From Betaproteobacteria bacterium (GTDB taxonomy: Bacteria; Pseudomonadota; Gammaproteobacteria; Burkholderiales; SG8-39): 57,364 nucleotides of DNA. Below, piece after piece: positions 38,274 to 48,706 of this stretch. The notes beneath the pieces are model-generated. The model had not been told where the DNA came from. It saw only the letters and a list, made by a program, of their open reading frames with translations, and made no database searches. The stretch spans positions 1-57,364 of the forward strand of contig JAXDQC010000101.1 of NCBI GenBank assembly GCA_034668045.1, given 5' to 3'. Each line of letters starts with the position of its first letter. Within the stretch, counting starts at the first letter, position 1. The translations under genes were made by a program, and so were the position numbers.

Positions 38274-39104
38274 GTGCCCGACATTGTAGTTCACCTCATC
38301 GCGTGCGCCGCATACGTGGGGCTGGCGTGGCACTTCTGGAATAGCCGCTGGCGCGGCGCGCCTGGGAGTGAGATTCGCGGCGGCGGGCTGCGCGGATGGG
38401 AGCGCGCCGCGATCCTTGTGCCGGTCGCGCTCCACGGCTGGCTGCTCTATGACGGCATCTTCGCCGCCGCCGAGCTGCGCTTCGGCTTCGCCCAGGCGCT
38501 GTCGGTGATGACCTTCCTCGCCGTGGCGCTCTACTGGATCGAGAGCCTGTTCTACCACCTGGATGGCATGGAGCCGCTGGTGCTGCCGCTCGCTGCATTG
38601 GCGGTGCCGCTGCCGGCGATCTTCCCCGGCCTCGCCTCGAGCGGCGTGCACGCCCAGGCCGGCGCCTTCAAGGTCCACCTGGCGCTGGCGATGATCGCCT
38701 ACAGCCTGTTCGTCATCGCCCTGATGCACGCGACGCTGATGGCGGTGGCCGAGCGCCAGCTGCATCGCAAGTCCGGGCTCGCCTTCGGCCACCTGCCGCC
38801 GCTGCTGACCCTCGAGCGGCTGCTGTTCCGCATGATCGGCGCGGCGTTCGTCTTCCTGACGCTGACGCTTGCCTCGGGCATCGTCTTCTCGGAGACGCTG
38901 TTCGGCCGGCCGCTACGCGCCGACCACAAGACGATCTTCGCCATCCTTTCCTGGCTGACGTTCGGCTGGCTGCTCGCCGGCCGCTGGCTCCACGGCTGGC
39001 GCGGCCGCACCGCGCTGCGCTGGACGCTCGGCGGCTTCGTGCTGCTCGTGCTCGCCTACGTCGGCAGCCGCTTCGTGCTCGAAGTCGTCCTGCAGCGCAC
39101 CTGA
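38274..39104 (+). CDS. cytochrome c assembly-family inner membrane protein (YpjD-like)
   Basis: 276-aa polytopic protein, divergent from ffh as in E. coli (ffh/ypjD), with W-rich segments typical of the CcsA/YpjD family. GTG start. Confidence 0.78.
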   Translation: MPDIVVHLIACAAYVGLAWHFWNSRWRGAPGSEIRGGGLRGWERAAILVPVALHGWLLYDGIFAAAELRFGFAQALSVMTFLAVALYWIESLFYHLDGMEPLVLPLAALAVPLPAIFPGLASSGVHAQAGAFKVHLALAMIAYSLFVIALMHATLMAVAERQLHRKSGLAFGHLPPLLTLERLLFRMIGAAFVFLTLTLASGIVFSETLFGRPLRADHKTIFAILSWLTFGWLLAGRWLHGWRGRTALRWTLGGFVLLVLAYVGSRFVLEVVLQRT

Positions 39105-40417
39105 TGGACGACTTCTCGCTCGGCCAGCACTTCCCGCTCGGCTGGATGTTCGGCGCGCTCATCGTCATGCTCGTGCTCTCGGCGTTCTTCTCGATTGCCG
39201 AGACGGCGATGATGGCGATCAACCGCTATCGGCTCAAGCACATGGTGAGCGAAGGCCACGGCGGCGCGATCCGCGTCGCCGAGCTTCTCAAGCGCACCGA
39301 CCGGCTGCTCGGCGGAATCCTGATCGGCAACACGCTGGCCATCACCGGCGCGACGACGATCGCCGGCTTCATCGCCGCGCGCCTGTTCGGCGAAGAGACC
39401 CTGGTCGTGATCCTCACCCCGGTGGCGGTCGGCTTCATCATCATCGTCTTCTCGGAAATCACGCCGAAAGTGATCGGCGCGACTCATCCGGAGCGCGCCG
39501 CGCTGCTGCTCTCGCTGCCGGTGAAGGTGGCGCTGCGGCTGCTCGACCTGCCGGCTTGGTTCATCAACCTGTTCGCGCGGCCGCTGTTGCGCCTGGTCGG
39601 CATCAAGCCGGGCCAGGAAACCGACGCGCCCAAGCTCTCGCCCGATGAAATCCGCACCCTGGTGCTCGAGTCGTCGACCTTCATGCCGAAGAAGCACATG
39701 GCGATCGTGCTGAATCTCTTCGACATCGAGGCGGTGACGGTGCAGGACATCATGGTGCCGCGGGCGAAGATCGAGTCGGTCAAGCTCGACGACGAGATGG
39801 AAACCATCGTCCACCAGCTCGGCACCGCCTACCACATGCGCCTGCCGGTGTTCCGCGACGCGCTCGGCGAGGTGGTCGGCGTGCTGCACCTGCGCCGGGT
39901 GCTCGCGCCCCTGCGCGCCGGCGAGCTCGACAAGGCGGCGCTCGAGTCGCTGCTCGACGAGCCCTACTTCGTGCCGGCGAGCACGCCGGCGCTGTCGCAG
40001 ATCCAGTACTTCCAGGAGAACCACCAGCGCCTCGCGCTGGTGGTCGACGAGTACGGCGAGCTGATGGGCCTGGTGACGGTCGAGGACATCATCGAGGAGA
40101 TCATCGGCAAGTTCACCACCTCGCTGCCCAGCGCCGCGCCGCTCGCCTGGGACGAGGACGGCTCGGCGACCGCCGACGGCGCGATGCCGGTGCGCGAGGT
40201 CAATCGCGCCCTCGGCCTGGAGCTGCCCCTCGAAGGGCCGCGCACCCTGAATGGCCTGATCCTCGAGCAGCTGCAGGACATCCCCGAAGCCGACGTCTCG
40301 ATCAAGATCGGCAACGTGCCGATGGAGATCGTCCACGCACAGGGCCGGGCGGTGAAAACGGTGCGCATTTTCCGGCCGGTCGAGGCCGTTGAAAATGTTT
40401 CGTCCTCAGAGACTTAG
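39104..40417 (+). CDS. HlyC/CorC family transporter (CNNM/DUF21 TM domain + CBS pair + CorC_HlyC domain)
   Basis: FFSIAETAMMAINRYRL (DUF21), VQDIMVPRAKI...LALVVDEYGELMGLVTVEDIIEEIIG (CBS pair), and a C-terminal transporter-associated domain. Confidence 0.9.
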   Translation: MDDFSLGQHFPLGWMFGALIVMLVLSAFFSIAETAMMAINRYRLKHMVSEGHGGAIRVAELLKRTDRLLGGILIGNTLAITGATTIAGFIAARLFGEETLVVILTPVAVGFIIIVFSEITPKVIGATHPERAALLLSLPVKVALRLLDLPAWFINLFARPLLRLVGIKPGQETDAPKLSPDEIRTLVLESSTFMPKKHMAIVLNLFDIEAVTVQDIMVPRAKIESVKLDDEMETIVHQLGTAYHMRLPVFRDALGEVVGVLHLRRVLAPLRAGELDKAALESLLDEPYFVPASTPALSQIQYFQENHQRLALVVDEYGELMGLVTVEDIIEEIIGKFTTSLPSAAPLAWDEDGSATADGAMPVREVNRALGLELPLEGPRTLNGLILEQLQDIPEADVSIKIGNVPMEIVHAQGRAVKTVRIFRPVEAVENVSSSET

Positions 40418-40491
40418 GCGTGAAATCTCAGGCTTTACAAAACCCGCCCTGAGAGGCATCATCGGCGCGGTCTAGACAGGGAGCGCAGTTC

Positions 40492-41712
40492 ATGGCAACG
40501 GCATCAGCGATCAAGGGACCGAAGGAGACCGTCTTCGCCTGGGAGGGCAAGGACAAGGGCGGCAAGACCCTTCGCGGCGAGCTGAAGGCGGTGAGCGTCA
40601 CCGCCGTCAACGCGACTTTGCGCCGCCAGGGCATCCTGGTGCAGAAGGTCAAGAAGCAGAAGATGGGCGGCGGCGGCTCGGTCGGGAAGAAAGACATCGC
40701 GCTCTTCACCCGGCAGCTGGCGACGATGATGAAGGCCGGCGTGCCCCTGCTGCAATCGTTCGAGATCGTCGGCAAGGGCGCTTCCAACCCGGCGGTGGGA
40801 AAGCTGGTGATGGAGCTCAAGACCGACGTCGAGACCGGCACGCCGCTCGCCGCGGCGTTCCGCAAGTACCCCCTCCACTTCGACGCGCTGTTCTGCAACC
40901 TGGTCGCGGCGGGCGAGCAGGCCGGCATTCTCGAGACGCTGCTCGACCGCCTGGCGATCTACCAGGAGAAGATCCTCGCCATCAAGTCGAAGATCAAGAG
41001 CGCGCTCTTCTACCCGATCGCGATCATCGCCGTCGCCTTCATCATCACCGCGGTGATCATGATTTTCGTCATCCCGGCGTTCAAGCAGGTGTTCACCAAC
41101 TTCGGCGCCGATCTGCCCGGGCCGACGCTGTTCGTGATGGGCATCTCCGACGTCTTCGTCGCCTACTGGTACATCATTTTCCCGGTGATCATCGGCGGCA
41201 TCTATGGCTTCCTGGAGTCCTGGAAGCGCTCGCTGGCGGTGCAGATCTTCATGGACAAGCTGATGCTCAAGCTGCCGGTGTTCGGCAGCCTGGTGCGCAA
41301 GTCGGTGATCGCGCGCTGGACGCGCACGCTGTCAACGATGTTCGCCGCCGGCGTGCCGCTGGTCGAGGCGCTCGACTCGGTCGGCGGCGCCTCGGGCAAC
41401 TACGTGTACTCGAGCGCCACCAAGGCGATCCAGGGCGAGGTGTCGACCGGCACGTCGCTCACCGTGGCGATGCAGAATGCCAACGTCTTCCCGAGCATGG
41501 TCCTGCAAATGTGCTCGATCGGCGAGGAGACCGGCGCGCTCGACAGCATGCTCGGCAAGGTCGCCGACTTCTTCGAGGCCGAGGTCGATGACGCGGTCGA
41601 GGCGCTGTCCTCGCTGATGGAGCCGATCATCATGGTCGTGCTCGGCACGCTGATCGGCGGCATGGTGATCGCCATGTACCTGCCGATCTTCAAGATGGGT
41701 CAGGCGGTCTAG
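40492..41712 (+). CDS. pilC: type IV pilus inner-membrane platform protein PilC (GspF family)
   Basis: Two GspF repeats (FTRQLATMMKAGVPLLQSFEIV / WTRTLSTMFAAGVPLVEALDSV) and the C-terminal EPIIMVVLGTLIGGMVIAMYLPIFKM. Confidence 0.9.
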   Translation: MATASAIKGPKETVFAWEGKDKGGKTLRGELKAVSVTAVNATLRRQGILVQKVKKQKMGGGGSVGKKDIALFTRQLATMMKAGVPLLQSFEIVGKGASNPAVGKLVMELKTDVETGTPLAAAFRKYPLHFDALFCNLVAAGEQAGILETLLDRLAIYQEKILAIKSKIKSALFYPIAIIAVAFIITAVIMIFVIPAFKQVFTNFGADLPGPTLFVMGISDVFVAYWYIIFPVIIGGIYGFLESWKRSLAVQIFMDKLMLKLPVFGSLVRKSVIARWTRTLSTMFAAGVPLVEALDSVGGASGNYVYSSATKAIQGEVSTGTSLTVAMQNANVFPSMVLQMCSIGEETGALDSMLGKVADFFEAEVDDAVEALSSLMEPIIMVVLGTLIGGMVIAMYLPIFKMGQAV

Positions 41713-41718
41713 AGCTGG

Positions 41719-42582
41719 ATGGGCCCGCTCGGCTGGCTCGCACAGCCGAGCGTGCTTCCCTGGGTGGTCCTGGCGTTCGGCCTCTGCGTCGGCTCGTTCC
41801 TCAACGTCGTCATCCATCGACTGCCAAAGATGCTCGAGCGCGAGTGGCGCGCCGAGTGCGCTTCGCTCGCCGGCCAGGAAATCCCGCAAGCCGAGGCGTA
41901 CAACCTCTTCGTTCCCCGCTCGCGCTGCCCCTCTTGCGGCCACAAGATCACGGCGCTCGAGAATGTGCCGCTCTTCAGCTGGGCCTTCCTGCGCGGCAAG
42001 TGCTCGAGCTGCAGGGCGCGCATCAGCGCGAAATATCCCTTCGTCGAGCTGCTGGCCGGCATTGCCGCCGCGTACTCGGCCTGGCGCTTCGGTCCTACGC
42101 TCGCCACGCTCGGCGCCGCACTCTTTGTCTGGTTCACCATCGCCCTCGCCTTCATCGACCAGGAGACCGGCCTTCTGCCCGACGACCTGACGCTGCCGCT
42201 CGTCTGGATCGGCCTGCTGCTCAACCTCTGGGGGGCATTCGTACCGATCCAGGACGCGGTGGTCGGCGCGGCCGCCGGCTACCTCTCGTTGTGGCTCGTC
42301 TACTGGGGCTTCAAGCTCCTCACCGGCAAGGAGGGCATGGGCTTCGGCGACTTCAAGATGTTCGCCGCGGTCGGCGCCTTCCTCGGCTGGAAGATGCTGC
42401 CGCTCGTGCTCCTGGTTTCCTCGCTGGTCGGGCTGGTCTTCGGCGCTGCGCAGATGTTCGCCGCGCGCGGCCGCTACGAAGGCAGCTTCCGTTTCCACTT
42501 CGGTCCCTACATTGCCATCGCCGGCCTGATCGCCCTCTACTGGGGCGAGCCCATGATGCGCTGGTACATGTATCGGATGTGA
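41719..42582 (+). CDS. pilD: prepilin peptidase / N-methyltransferase (A24 family)
   Basis: CPSCGHKI...CSSCRARIS zinc-like Cys pairs and the catalytic Asp regions (FIDQETGLLPD, GMGFGDFKMFAAVG). Confidence 0.9.
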   Translation: MGPLGWLAQPSVLPWVVLAFGLCVGSFLNVVIHRLPKMLEREWRAECASLAGQEIPQAEAYNLFVPRSRCPSCGHKITALENVPLFSWAFLRGKCSSCRARISAKYPFVELLAGIAAAYSAWRFGPTLATLGAALFVWFTIALAFIDQETGLLPDDLTLPLVWIGLLLNLWGAFVPIQDAVVGAAAGYLSLWLVYWGFKLLTGKEGMGFGDFKMFAAVGAFLGWKMLPLVLLVSSLVGLVFGAAQMFAARGRYEGSFRFHFGPYIAIAGLIALYWGEPMMRWYMYRM

Positions 42583-43184
42583 AGAAGCTCGTCATCGGCC
42601 TGACGGGAGGAATTGGCAGCGGCAAGAGTGCCGTCGCCGAGGAGTTCGCGAGGCTGGGCGCGGCGATCGTCGACACCGACGTCATCGCCCACGAGCTCAC
42701 CGCGGCGAAGGGTTTGGCTCTTCCACAAATTGCAAAGCTCTTCGGCGAACAGGCAATCGGGCCTGACGGCGCGATGGATCGCAAGCGCATGCGCGACCAC
42801 GTGTTCGCCAACCCGAGCGCCAAGCGCCAGCTCGAGGGCTTGCTGCACCCGATGATCCGCGAGGAATCGGGTCGCCGCATCGCCTCGGCGCCGGGTCCCT
42901 ACGTGGTGCACGTGGTGCCGCTCCTCATCGAGTCGCCGGACTACCGTAGCCGCGTGAGCCGCGTCCTGGTCGTCGATGCCCCGGAGGAAATCCGGGTGGC
43001 GCGGGTGCAGGCGCGCAGCGGCCTCTCGTCCGAGGAGGTGCGCGCGATCATCCGCGCGCAGGCGCCGAGCGCCGAGCGCCTGGCCGCGGCGCACGACGTG
43101 ATCGACAACGCCGGCAACCGTGATGCATTGCGCAAACAGGTCGCCGACCTGCACCAAAAATACCTACAATTCTCGAGTCCGTGA
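42579..43184 (+). CDS. coaE: dephospho-CoA kinase
   Basis: GTG at 42579 (GTGA overlap with the pilD stop) gives MKKLVIGLTGGIGSGKSAVA...DTDVIAH...PLL.E. The track ORF 41844..43184 is an upstream run-on. Confidence 0.9.
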   Translation: MKKLVIGLTGGIGSGKSAVAEEFARLGAAIVDTDVIAHELTAAKGLALPQIAKLFGEQAIGPDGAMDRKRMRDHVFANPSAKRQLEGLLHPMIREESGRRIASAPGPYVVHVVPLLIESPDYRSRVSRVLVVDAPEEIRVARVQARSGLSSEEVRAIIRAQAPSAERLAAAHDVIDNAGNRDALRKQVADLHQKYLQFSSP

Positions 43185-43951
43185 TCACCTACGAATATCC
43201 CCTGAACGAGCGCATCCGGACGCTCTTGCGGCTGGAGGATCTGTTCGAGCGCTCGCGGCACTTCATCGCCCGCAGCGATCCGCACGACCATCACATGGCG
43301 CTGCTGACGCTGTTCGAGATCCTGGAGGTCTCCAGCCGCGCCGATCTCAAGTCCGACCTCCTCCAGGAGCTCGAGCGGCAGAAGCAGGTGCTGCTCGCCT
43401 TCAAGAACAATCCCGACATCGCCGAGGACGCGCTCAACGGCGTGCTGCGCGACATCGAGCAGGCGGCGGCGGCGCTGTTCTCGATGACCGGCAAGATCGG
43501 CCAGTACCTGCGCTCCAACGACTGGCTGATGTCGATCAAGCAGCGCACCGGCATTCCCGGCGGCGCCTGCGAATTCGACCTGCCCTCGTACCACTATTGG
43601 CTGCACCGCCCCGCCGAGGAGCGCACTGGGCAGCTCGCGGCGTGGACCGGGCCGCTTTACCCGCTGCGCGACGGGACGGCGATCATCCTCAGGATCCTGC
43701 GCGAGTCGGGCCGGCCGCAGTCGCTGACCGCGCCACAGGGCATGTACCAGCAGATGCAGGGCGGCAAGAGCGCGCAGATGCTGCGCCTGCGCATTGACCA
43801 GACGACGCCGTGCGTGCCCGAGATCAGCGCCAACAAGTACGTCCTCAACATCCGCTTCATGGCGCAGAACGGCGAGTCGACCGGCGACGAGGCGCGGCCC
43901 CGCACCGCCGACTGGAACGTCGGCTTCGAGCTCACCTTCTGTAACCTGTGA
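43181..43951 (+). CDS. zapD: cell division protein ZapD
   Basis: [21 protein letters not shown]...[10 protein letters not shown]... matches ZapD (YacF). coaE-zapD-yacG synteny. Confidence 0.88.
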   Translation: MITYEYPLNERIRTLLRLEDLFERSRHFIARSDPHDHHMALLTLFEILEVSSRADLKSDLLQELERQKQVLLAFKNNPDIAEDALNGVLRDIEQAAAALFSMTGKIGQYLRSNDWLMSIKQRTGIPGGACEFDLPSYHYWLHRPAEERTGQLAAWTGPLYPLRDGTAIILRILRESGRPQSLTAPQGMYQQMQGGKSAQMLRLRIDQTTPCVPEISANKYVLNIRFMAQNGESTGDEARPRTADWNVGFELTFCNL

Positions 43952-44139
43952 GGACCGTGGCTTGCCCGCGCTGCGGCAAGAAGGCGGCGTTTTCTCCGGA
44001 CAACAAGTGGCGACCCTTCTGCGGCGAGCGCTGCAGGATGATCGACCTCGGCAGCTGGGCGGCGGAGGACTACCGCGTGGCCGAAGCCGAAAAGCCGTCC
44101 GAAGACGACGACGCTATGCCCAAGCCCCCCGGATCATAG
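43948..44139 (+). CDS. yacG: DNA gyrase inhibitor YacG (zinc finger)
   Basis: CPRCGK...[15 protein letters not shown]. Confidence 0.85.
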   Translation: MRTVACPRCGKKAAFSPDNKWRPFCGERCRMIDLGSWAAEDYRVAEAEKPSEDDDAMPKPPGS

Positions 44140-45004
44140 CCACGCCGTGCGCGCCGGCGCGCCAGGCGTCTTCCAGGTCGGCGCGCGTGAGGCCACCGAT
44201 CGCGTAGACGGGAATGCTCGAGCCCGCGGCAATCTCCCGAAAGCCCTCCCAGCCCAGCGCCGGAGATTTGTCACGGATCGGCCCGAGAACAGCGAAGTCC
44301 AGTTCGAGCGCCATTGCCCGCTCCAGTTCTCCTCGCGTGTGACACGAAGCCGCGGCAAGCGCGCCTTTCGGTTTTTCCCCTAAGTCTTTCAACTGAGAAG
44401 CAGTGAAGTGCACACCATCGGCGCCCGGAAACGGCGCTTTGGTCATCACCTTGCACCCGTACCGGTTGGCGAGCGTGAGAACCTGCCGCGTGAAGCCGGC
44501 GGCGTCCTTCATCCCTGGCTCGCGCACCTGCACCAGCTTGAGACCCTGCTGAAGGCGCTTTTCCAGCCGTGCCAGCTGCTCGGGGCTGCCCATGCTCGTC
44601 GCATCGGTGACCGCGTACTCGACGGGCAGCGCGAGCGAGGCGAGCACCGGCGCGTTCGCCGGCAGCATCGGCGCGACCATCGCCGCTTCGCTGCGCTGCC
44701 AGGCGATCGCCTGGTCCTCGCGCGGATGCGGCTCGTTCTTCCACGTCGTGACGCGAAAGAAATGCAGCCGCACCGTACCGTGCGGATAGGTGAACACGCG
44801 GGTGATCCAGGGATAGGAAGTCCGGACGTCGATGCCGAGCTCTTCGTGCAGCTCGCGGGAAAGCGCGTGCTCTGCCTGCTCCCCCGCTTCGACCTTGCCG
44901 CCGGGAAATTCCCAGTAGCCGGCGTAGACCTTGCCGGCCGGGCGTTGCGCCAGCAGGAAGGCACCGTCGGGGCGTTGGATCACCGCCGCGGCGACTTCTA
45001 TCAC
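44114..45004 (-). CDS. Nudix (MutT-like 8-oxo-dGTP diphosphatase) fused to a ThiE-like TIM-barrel domain
   Basis: Nudix box [24 protein letters not shown]. The C-terminal half resembles thiamine-phosphate synthase (GADGVHF...ASCHT...DFAVLGPI....GW....IPVYAIGG). GTG at 45004 (GTGA overlap). Confidence 0.85.
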   Translation of the reverse strand: MIEVAAAVIQRPDGAFLLAQRPAGKVYAGYWEFPGGKVEAGEQAEHALSRELHEELGIDVRTSYPWITRVFTYPHGTVRLHFFRVTTWKNEPHPREDQAIAWQRSEAAMVAPMLPANAPVLASLALPVEYAVTDATSMGSPEQLARLEKRLQQGLKLVQVREPGMKDAAGFTRQVLTLANRYGCKVMTKAPFPGADGVHFTASQLKDLGEKPKGALAAASCHTRGELERAMALELDFAVLGPIRDKSPALGWEGFREIAAGSSIPVYAIGGLTRADLEDAWRAGAHGVAMIRGAWA

Positions 45005-45855
45005 TTTTTCTTGCTGTGGCGACCCGCCCAGTCGCGGGCGAACTGGTAGGCAACGCGACCGCTGCGCGAGCCCTTCTGCAGGGCCCACTGCAAGGCTTCT
45101 TCCTTTGCCGGCTCGGAAGCGCTGATGCCGAACGACTTGAGCCAGGTCTCGACGATCTGCAGGTACTCGTCCTGGTCGAACGGGTAGAACGTGACCCAGA
45201 GACCGAAGCGCTCGGAGAGCGAGATCTTCTCCTCGACCGTCTCGCCGGGGTGGATTTCGTCGCCGACGTACTTGGTCTCCAGGTTCTCGGCCATGTATTC
45301 CGGCATCAGATGGCGGCGGTTGGAAGTCGCGTAGATGAGCAGGTTCTCCGAGGTGGTCGAGATCGAGCCGTCGAGCGCCACCTTGAGCGCGATGTAGCCG
45401 TCCTCGGCGCCGTGGAAGGTCAGGTCGTCGCAGAAAAGGAGAAAGCGCTCCGGCCGGGCGGCGACCTGGTCGACCAGCGCCGGCAGGTCGACAAGATCGT
45501 TCTTCTCCACCTCGATCAGGCGCAGGCCCTTGCTCGAGTACTTGTTGAGCAGCCCTTTGACGATCGAGGACTTGCCGGTGCCGCGCGCACCGGTCAGCAG
45601 GACGTTGTTCGCCGGCTTGCCGTCGAGGAACTGCTTCGTGTTCTGCTCGACCTTGCCGATCTGCGCATCGATGCCGCGCAGGTCGGCCAGCCTGATCTTG
45701 TGCACGTGGCGAACCGGTTGCAGCCAGCCCCCCGTGCCCCGGCGCCCCGCGCTGCGCCAGCGGAACGCGATGCTCGCCTTCCAGTCGGTGGCCGGCGGCG
45801 GTGGCGGCAGCAGCTGCTCGAGCCGCTGCAGGATTTTTTCGAGTTCTTTGCTCAC
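45001..45855 (-). CDS. DUF815-type AAA+ ATP-binding protein
   Basis: Walker [13 protein letters not shown], Walker [20 protein letters not shown] start in a GTGA overlap with the argJ stop. Confidence 0.85.
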   Translation of the reverse strand: MSKELEKILQRLEQLLPPPPPATDWKASIAFRWRSAGRRGTGGWLQPVRHVHKIRLADLRGIDAQIGKVEQNTKQFLDGKPANNVLLTGARGTGKSSIVKGLLNKYSSKGLRLIEVEKNDLVDLPALVDQVAARPERFLLFCDDLTFHGAEDGYIALKVALDGSISTTSENLLIYATSNRRHLMPEYMAENLETKYVGDEIHPGETVEEKISLSERFGLWVTFYPFDQDEYLQIVETWLKSFGISASEPAKEEALQWALQKGSRSGRVAYQFARDWAGRHSKKK

Positions 45856-47051
45856 GTACGGTACTCGGCGTTGATTTTGACGTAATCGAAGGAGAAATCG
45901 CAGGTCCAGACCGTCGCGTCCGCCTTGCCGCGGCCGAGCTTGAGCCGGACCGTGAATTCAGGCTTTTTCATCACCGCCACGCCCTGCTCGTCGGAGTACG
46001 CGGGATGGCGGCCGCCGCCCGAGGCGACGAGCACGTCATCGAGGTAAAGCGAGAGCTTCGAGACATCGACCCCGGAGTTGCCCGCGGCGGCGAGGATGCG
46101 GCCGAGGTTAGGGTCGGAGGCGAAGAAGGCCGTTTTCACGAGCGGCGAGTGGGCAATCGCGTAGGCGACCTTGCGGCACTCGTCCTCGTTGCGGCCGCTT
46201 TCGACGCGCACGGTGACGAACTTGGTCGCGCCCTCGCCGTCGCGGATGATCGCCTGCGCGAGGTGCCGCGAGACGTCGGTGATGGCCGCTTCCAGCTTGA
46301 GCAAATCGCGCGGCGCGCGCACCGCCGGGCCGCGGCCGGTGGCGACGACGATGAACGAGTCGTTGGTCGACGTGTCGCCGTCGACCGTGACGCAATTGAA
46401 CGAGCGGTCGGCGACGCGGCGGATGATCCCGGCGAGCTTCTTCTGCGCCACCGCCGCGTCGGTGGCGACGAAGCCGAGCATGGTCGCCATGTCGGGCCGG
46501 ATCATGCCGGCGCCCTTGGCGATGCCGGTCACCACCGCCTCGCCGTTGCCGAGCCGCAGTTTTCTCGAGAAGGCTTTCGGCACCGTGTCCGTGGTCATGA
46601 TCGATTCGGCGGCGGACAGCCAGTCGGCGCGGTCGAAGAGCGCTTTTGGCAGCGCGGCGACGATCCGGTCCGCCGGCAGCGGCTCCATGATCACGCCGGT
46701 CGAGAACGGCAGGACCTGCGCCGGGTCGCAGCCGAGATGGCCGGAGAGCGCCTCGCACACGCGCGCGGCGCGCTTCAAGCCGTCCGCGCCCGTTCCAGCG
46801 TTCGCGTTGCCGGTATTGACCACCAGGGCGCGAATGCCTCCCTTCTGCAGGTTCTTCCGGGCAAGGATCACCGGCGCGGCGCAATAGCGGTTCTGGGTGA
46901 ACACGCCGGCGACCGACGAGCCCTCGGCCAGCCGCATTACGAGCAGGTCTTTTCGGTTCGCCTTGCGCACGCCGGCCATGGCGACGCCGAGCTCGACGCC
47001 GGAAACGGGGTGAAGGGACGCGGGATCGGGCGGAGCGAGATTGACTGCCAT
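45852..47051 (-). CDS. argJ: bifunctional glutamate N-acetyltransferase / amino-acid acetyltransferase
   Basis: [17 protein letters not shown], the autoprocessing site [14 protein letters not shown], and C-terminal [15 protein letters not shown]. Confidence 0.95.
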   Translation of the reverse strand: MAVNLAPPDPASLHPVSGVELGVAMAGVRKANRKDLLVMRLAEGSSVAGVFTQNRYCAAPVILARKNLQKGGIRALVVNTGNANAGTGADGLKRAARVCEALSGHLGCDPAQVLPFSTGVIMEPLPADRIVAALPKALFDRADWLSAAESIMTTDTVPKAFSRKLRLGNGEAVVTGIAKGAGMIRPDMATMLGFVATDAAVAQKKLAGIIRRVADRSFNCVTVDGDTSTNDSFIVVATGRGPAVRAPRDLLKLEAAITDVSRHLAQAIIRDGEGATKFVTVRVESGRNEDECRKVAYAIAHSPLVKTAFFASDPNLGRILAAAGNSGVDVSKLSLYLDDVLVASGGGRHPAYSDEQGVAVMKKPEFTVRLKLGRGKADATVWTCDFSFDYVKINAEYRT

Positions 47052-47206
47052 GGGTAAGGACCGGATTTTACGCGGGATTTCGATCTCGATCGCCCCCAGC
47101 GCTTTCCTACGACGCTAGCGACCGACGTCGGACAAGCGATGACGGCCATTGGACGCACTCTTTGGAAGCAGCCGCAGTCACCAGCGTAGGGTGGAATGCC
47201 CTCCTG

Positions 47207-48706
47207 ATGTTGCATGACTACCTGGTCAGCTCCGCTGCCGCAGCGCCGGAGAAAGTCGCGCTGGTCTGCGCCGGGCAGCGACTGAGTTATCGCGAGCTCG
47301 ACGAGCGCTCCAACGCGCTCGCTAACAGCCTGGCGGCTGGCGGCGTCGAGCGCGGCGACCGGGTACTCGTATTCGCCGACAACACCGTCGAGACGGTGGT
47401 TGCGTTCTGGGCGGTGCTCAAGGCGAATGCCGTGGTATCGATCGTCAATCCGCTCACCAAGGGCGATAAGCTCGCCTATCTGCTCAGCGATTGCCGCCCG
47501 ACGGCGCTGATCACCGACAAGCACCTGCAGCGGGTGTACGCCGCACCCGCGCAGGCCTGCCCCCATCTCAAGCAGGTCATCGTCGCCGGCACGCCGAGCT
47601 GGGACGAGGCGCTCGCTGGCGACCGCAGTGCGCCGCCCGCACGCAAGACGATCGATGTCGACCTCGCGGCGATCATCTATACCTCGGGCTCCACTGGCGA
47701 CCCGAAGGGCGTGATGCTCACGCATCGCAACATGCTGGCCGCCTGCTCCGCGATCTCCACCTACCTCCAGGTCAAGAGCGATGAAGTCATTCTCGGCGTG
47801 CTGCCGCTTGCTTTCGACTACGGCCTTTACCAGATGATCATGGCCTTCGCCACCGGCGCCCGCCTGGTGCTCGAACGCTCGTTCGCTTTCCCAGCGCAGG
47901 TGCTGAAGGTCATGGTCGACGAGCGCGTGACCGGCTTTCCCGGCGTGCCGACAATCTTCGCGCTGCTTGGCGAGCTCAAGTCGCTGCCGGATTACGACCT
48001 CTCCGCCATCCGTTATGTGACGAACACCGCGGCGGCGCTGCCGGCGAAGCACATCACGATGCTGACCGACCTCTTTCCCGGGGCGCGAATCTACTCGATG
48101 TACGGCCTCACCGAGTGCAAGCGCTGCACCTACCTGCCGCCGGACGAGCTGGCGCGCAAGCCCGGAAGCGTCGGCATTGCGATCCCCAACACCGAGCTGT
48201 GGATCGTCGACGAGAACGACCGCCGCGTCGGGCCCGGCGTGGTCGGTCAGCTGGTGATCCGCGGCGCCACGGTGATGAAAGGCTATTGGGAAAAGCCCGA
48301 GGCCACGGCGAAGAAGCTCAAGCCCGGGCTGCTGCCCGGCGAGCTGGTGCTCTATACCGGCGACTATTGCAAGCTCGACGAGGAAGGCTACCTCTACTTC
48401 GTCGGGCGCATGGACGATGTGATCAAGTCGCGCGGCGAGAAGGTGGCGCCGAAGGAAGTCGAGCTGGTGCTGATGAACATCAAGGGCGTGAAGGAAGCCG
48501 CCGTGATCGGCGTTCCGGACCCGATCCTCGGCCACGCCGTCAAGGCGTTCGTCGTGCTCGAGGCGGGCAGCGACCTCGCCGAACGCCAGCTGCAGAAGGA
48601 ATGCCAGAGCCGGTTGGAAAACTTCATGGTGCCGAAATACATCGTCGCGGTGCCCTCGCTGCCGAAGACCGACACCGGCAAGATCCGCAAGATCGGGCTG
48701 CAATGA
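47207..48706 (+). CDS. ANL-superfamily adenylating enzyme (acyl/aminoacyl-AMP ligase)
   Basis: Core motifs IIYTSGSTGDPKGV, YGLTE, YTGDY, GRMDDVIKSRGEKVAPKEVE, LPKTDTGKIRK. ATG at 47207 preferred over TTG 47162. Confidence 0.9.
   Translation: MLHDYLVSSAAAAPEKVALVCAGQRLSYRELDERSNALANSLAAGGVERGDRVLVFADNTVETVVAFWAVLKANAVVSIVNPLTKGDKLAYLLSDCRPTALITDKHLQRVYAAPAQACPHLKQVIVAGTPSWDEALAGDRSAPPARKTIDVDLAAIIYTSGSTGDPKGVMLTHRNMLAACSAISTYLQVKSDEVILGVLPLAFDYGLYQMIMAFATGARLVLERSFAFPAQVLKVMVDERVTGFPGVPTIFALLGELKSLPDYDLSAIRYVTNTAAALPAKHITMLTDLFPGARIYSMYGLTECKRCTYLPPDELARKPGSVGIAIPNTELWIVDENDRRVGPGVVGQLVIRGATVMKGYWEKPEATAKKLKPGLLPGELVLYTGDYCKLDEEGYLYFVGRMDDVIKSRGEKVAPKEVELVLMNIKGVKEAAVIGVPDPILGHAVKAFVVLEAGSDLAERQLQKECQSRLENFMVPKYIVAVPSLPKTDTGKIRKIGLQ

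Noticed and set aside
44114-45004. Nudix::ThiE-like fusion as an unusual architecture.
   Set aside because: To my recollection, MutT fused to a thiamine-phosphate-synthase-like domain at this position (next to yacG/zapD/coaE) is common in betaproteobacteria. It is interesting but not new.
47122-47131. Perfect 10-bp palindrome CCGACGTCGG in the argJ/ligase divergent promoter region, and a 7-bp inverted repeat CGCTTCG-N8-CGAAGCG at 50932-50953 between the MFS and ArsR genes.
   Set aside because: Short GC-rich palindromes arise easily by chance in this composition, and I have no supporting repeat or known consensus. They are not strong enough to call as operators.
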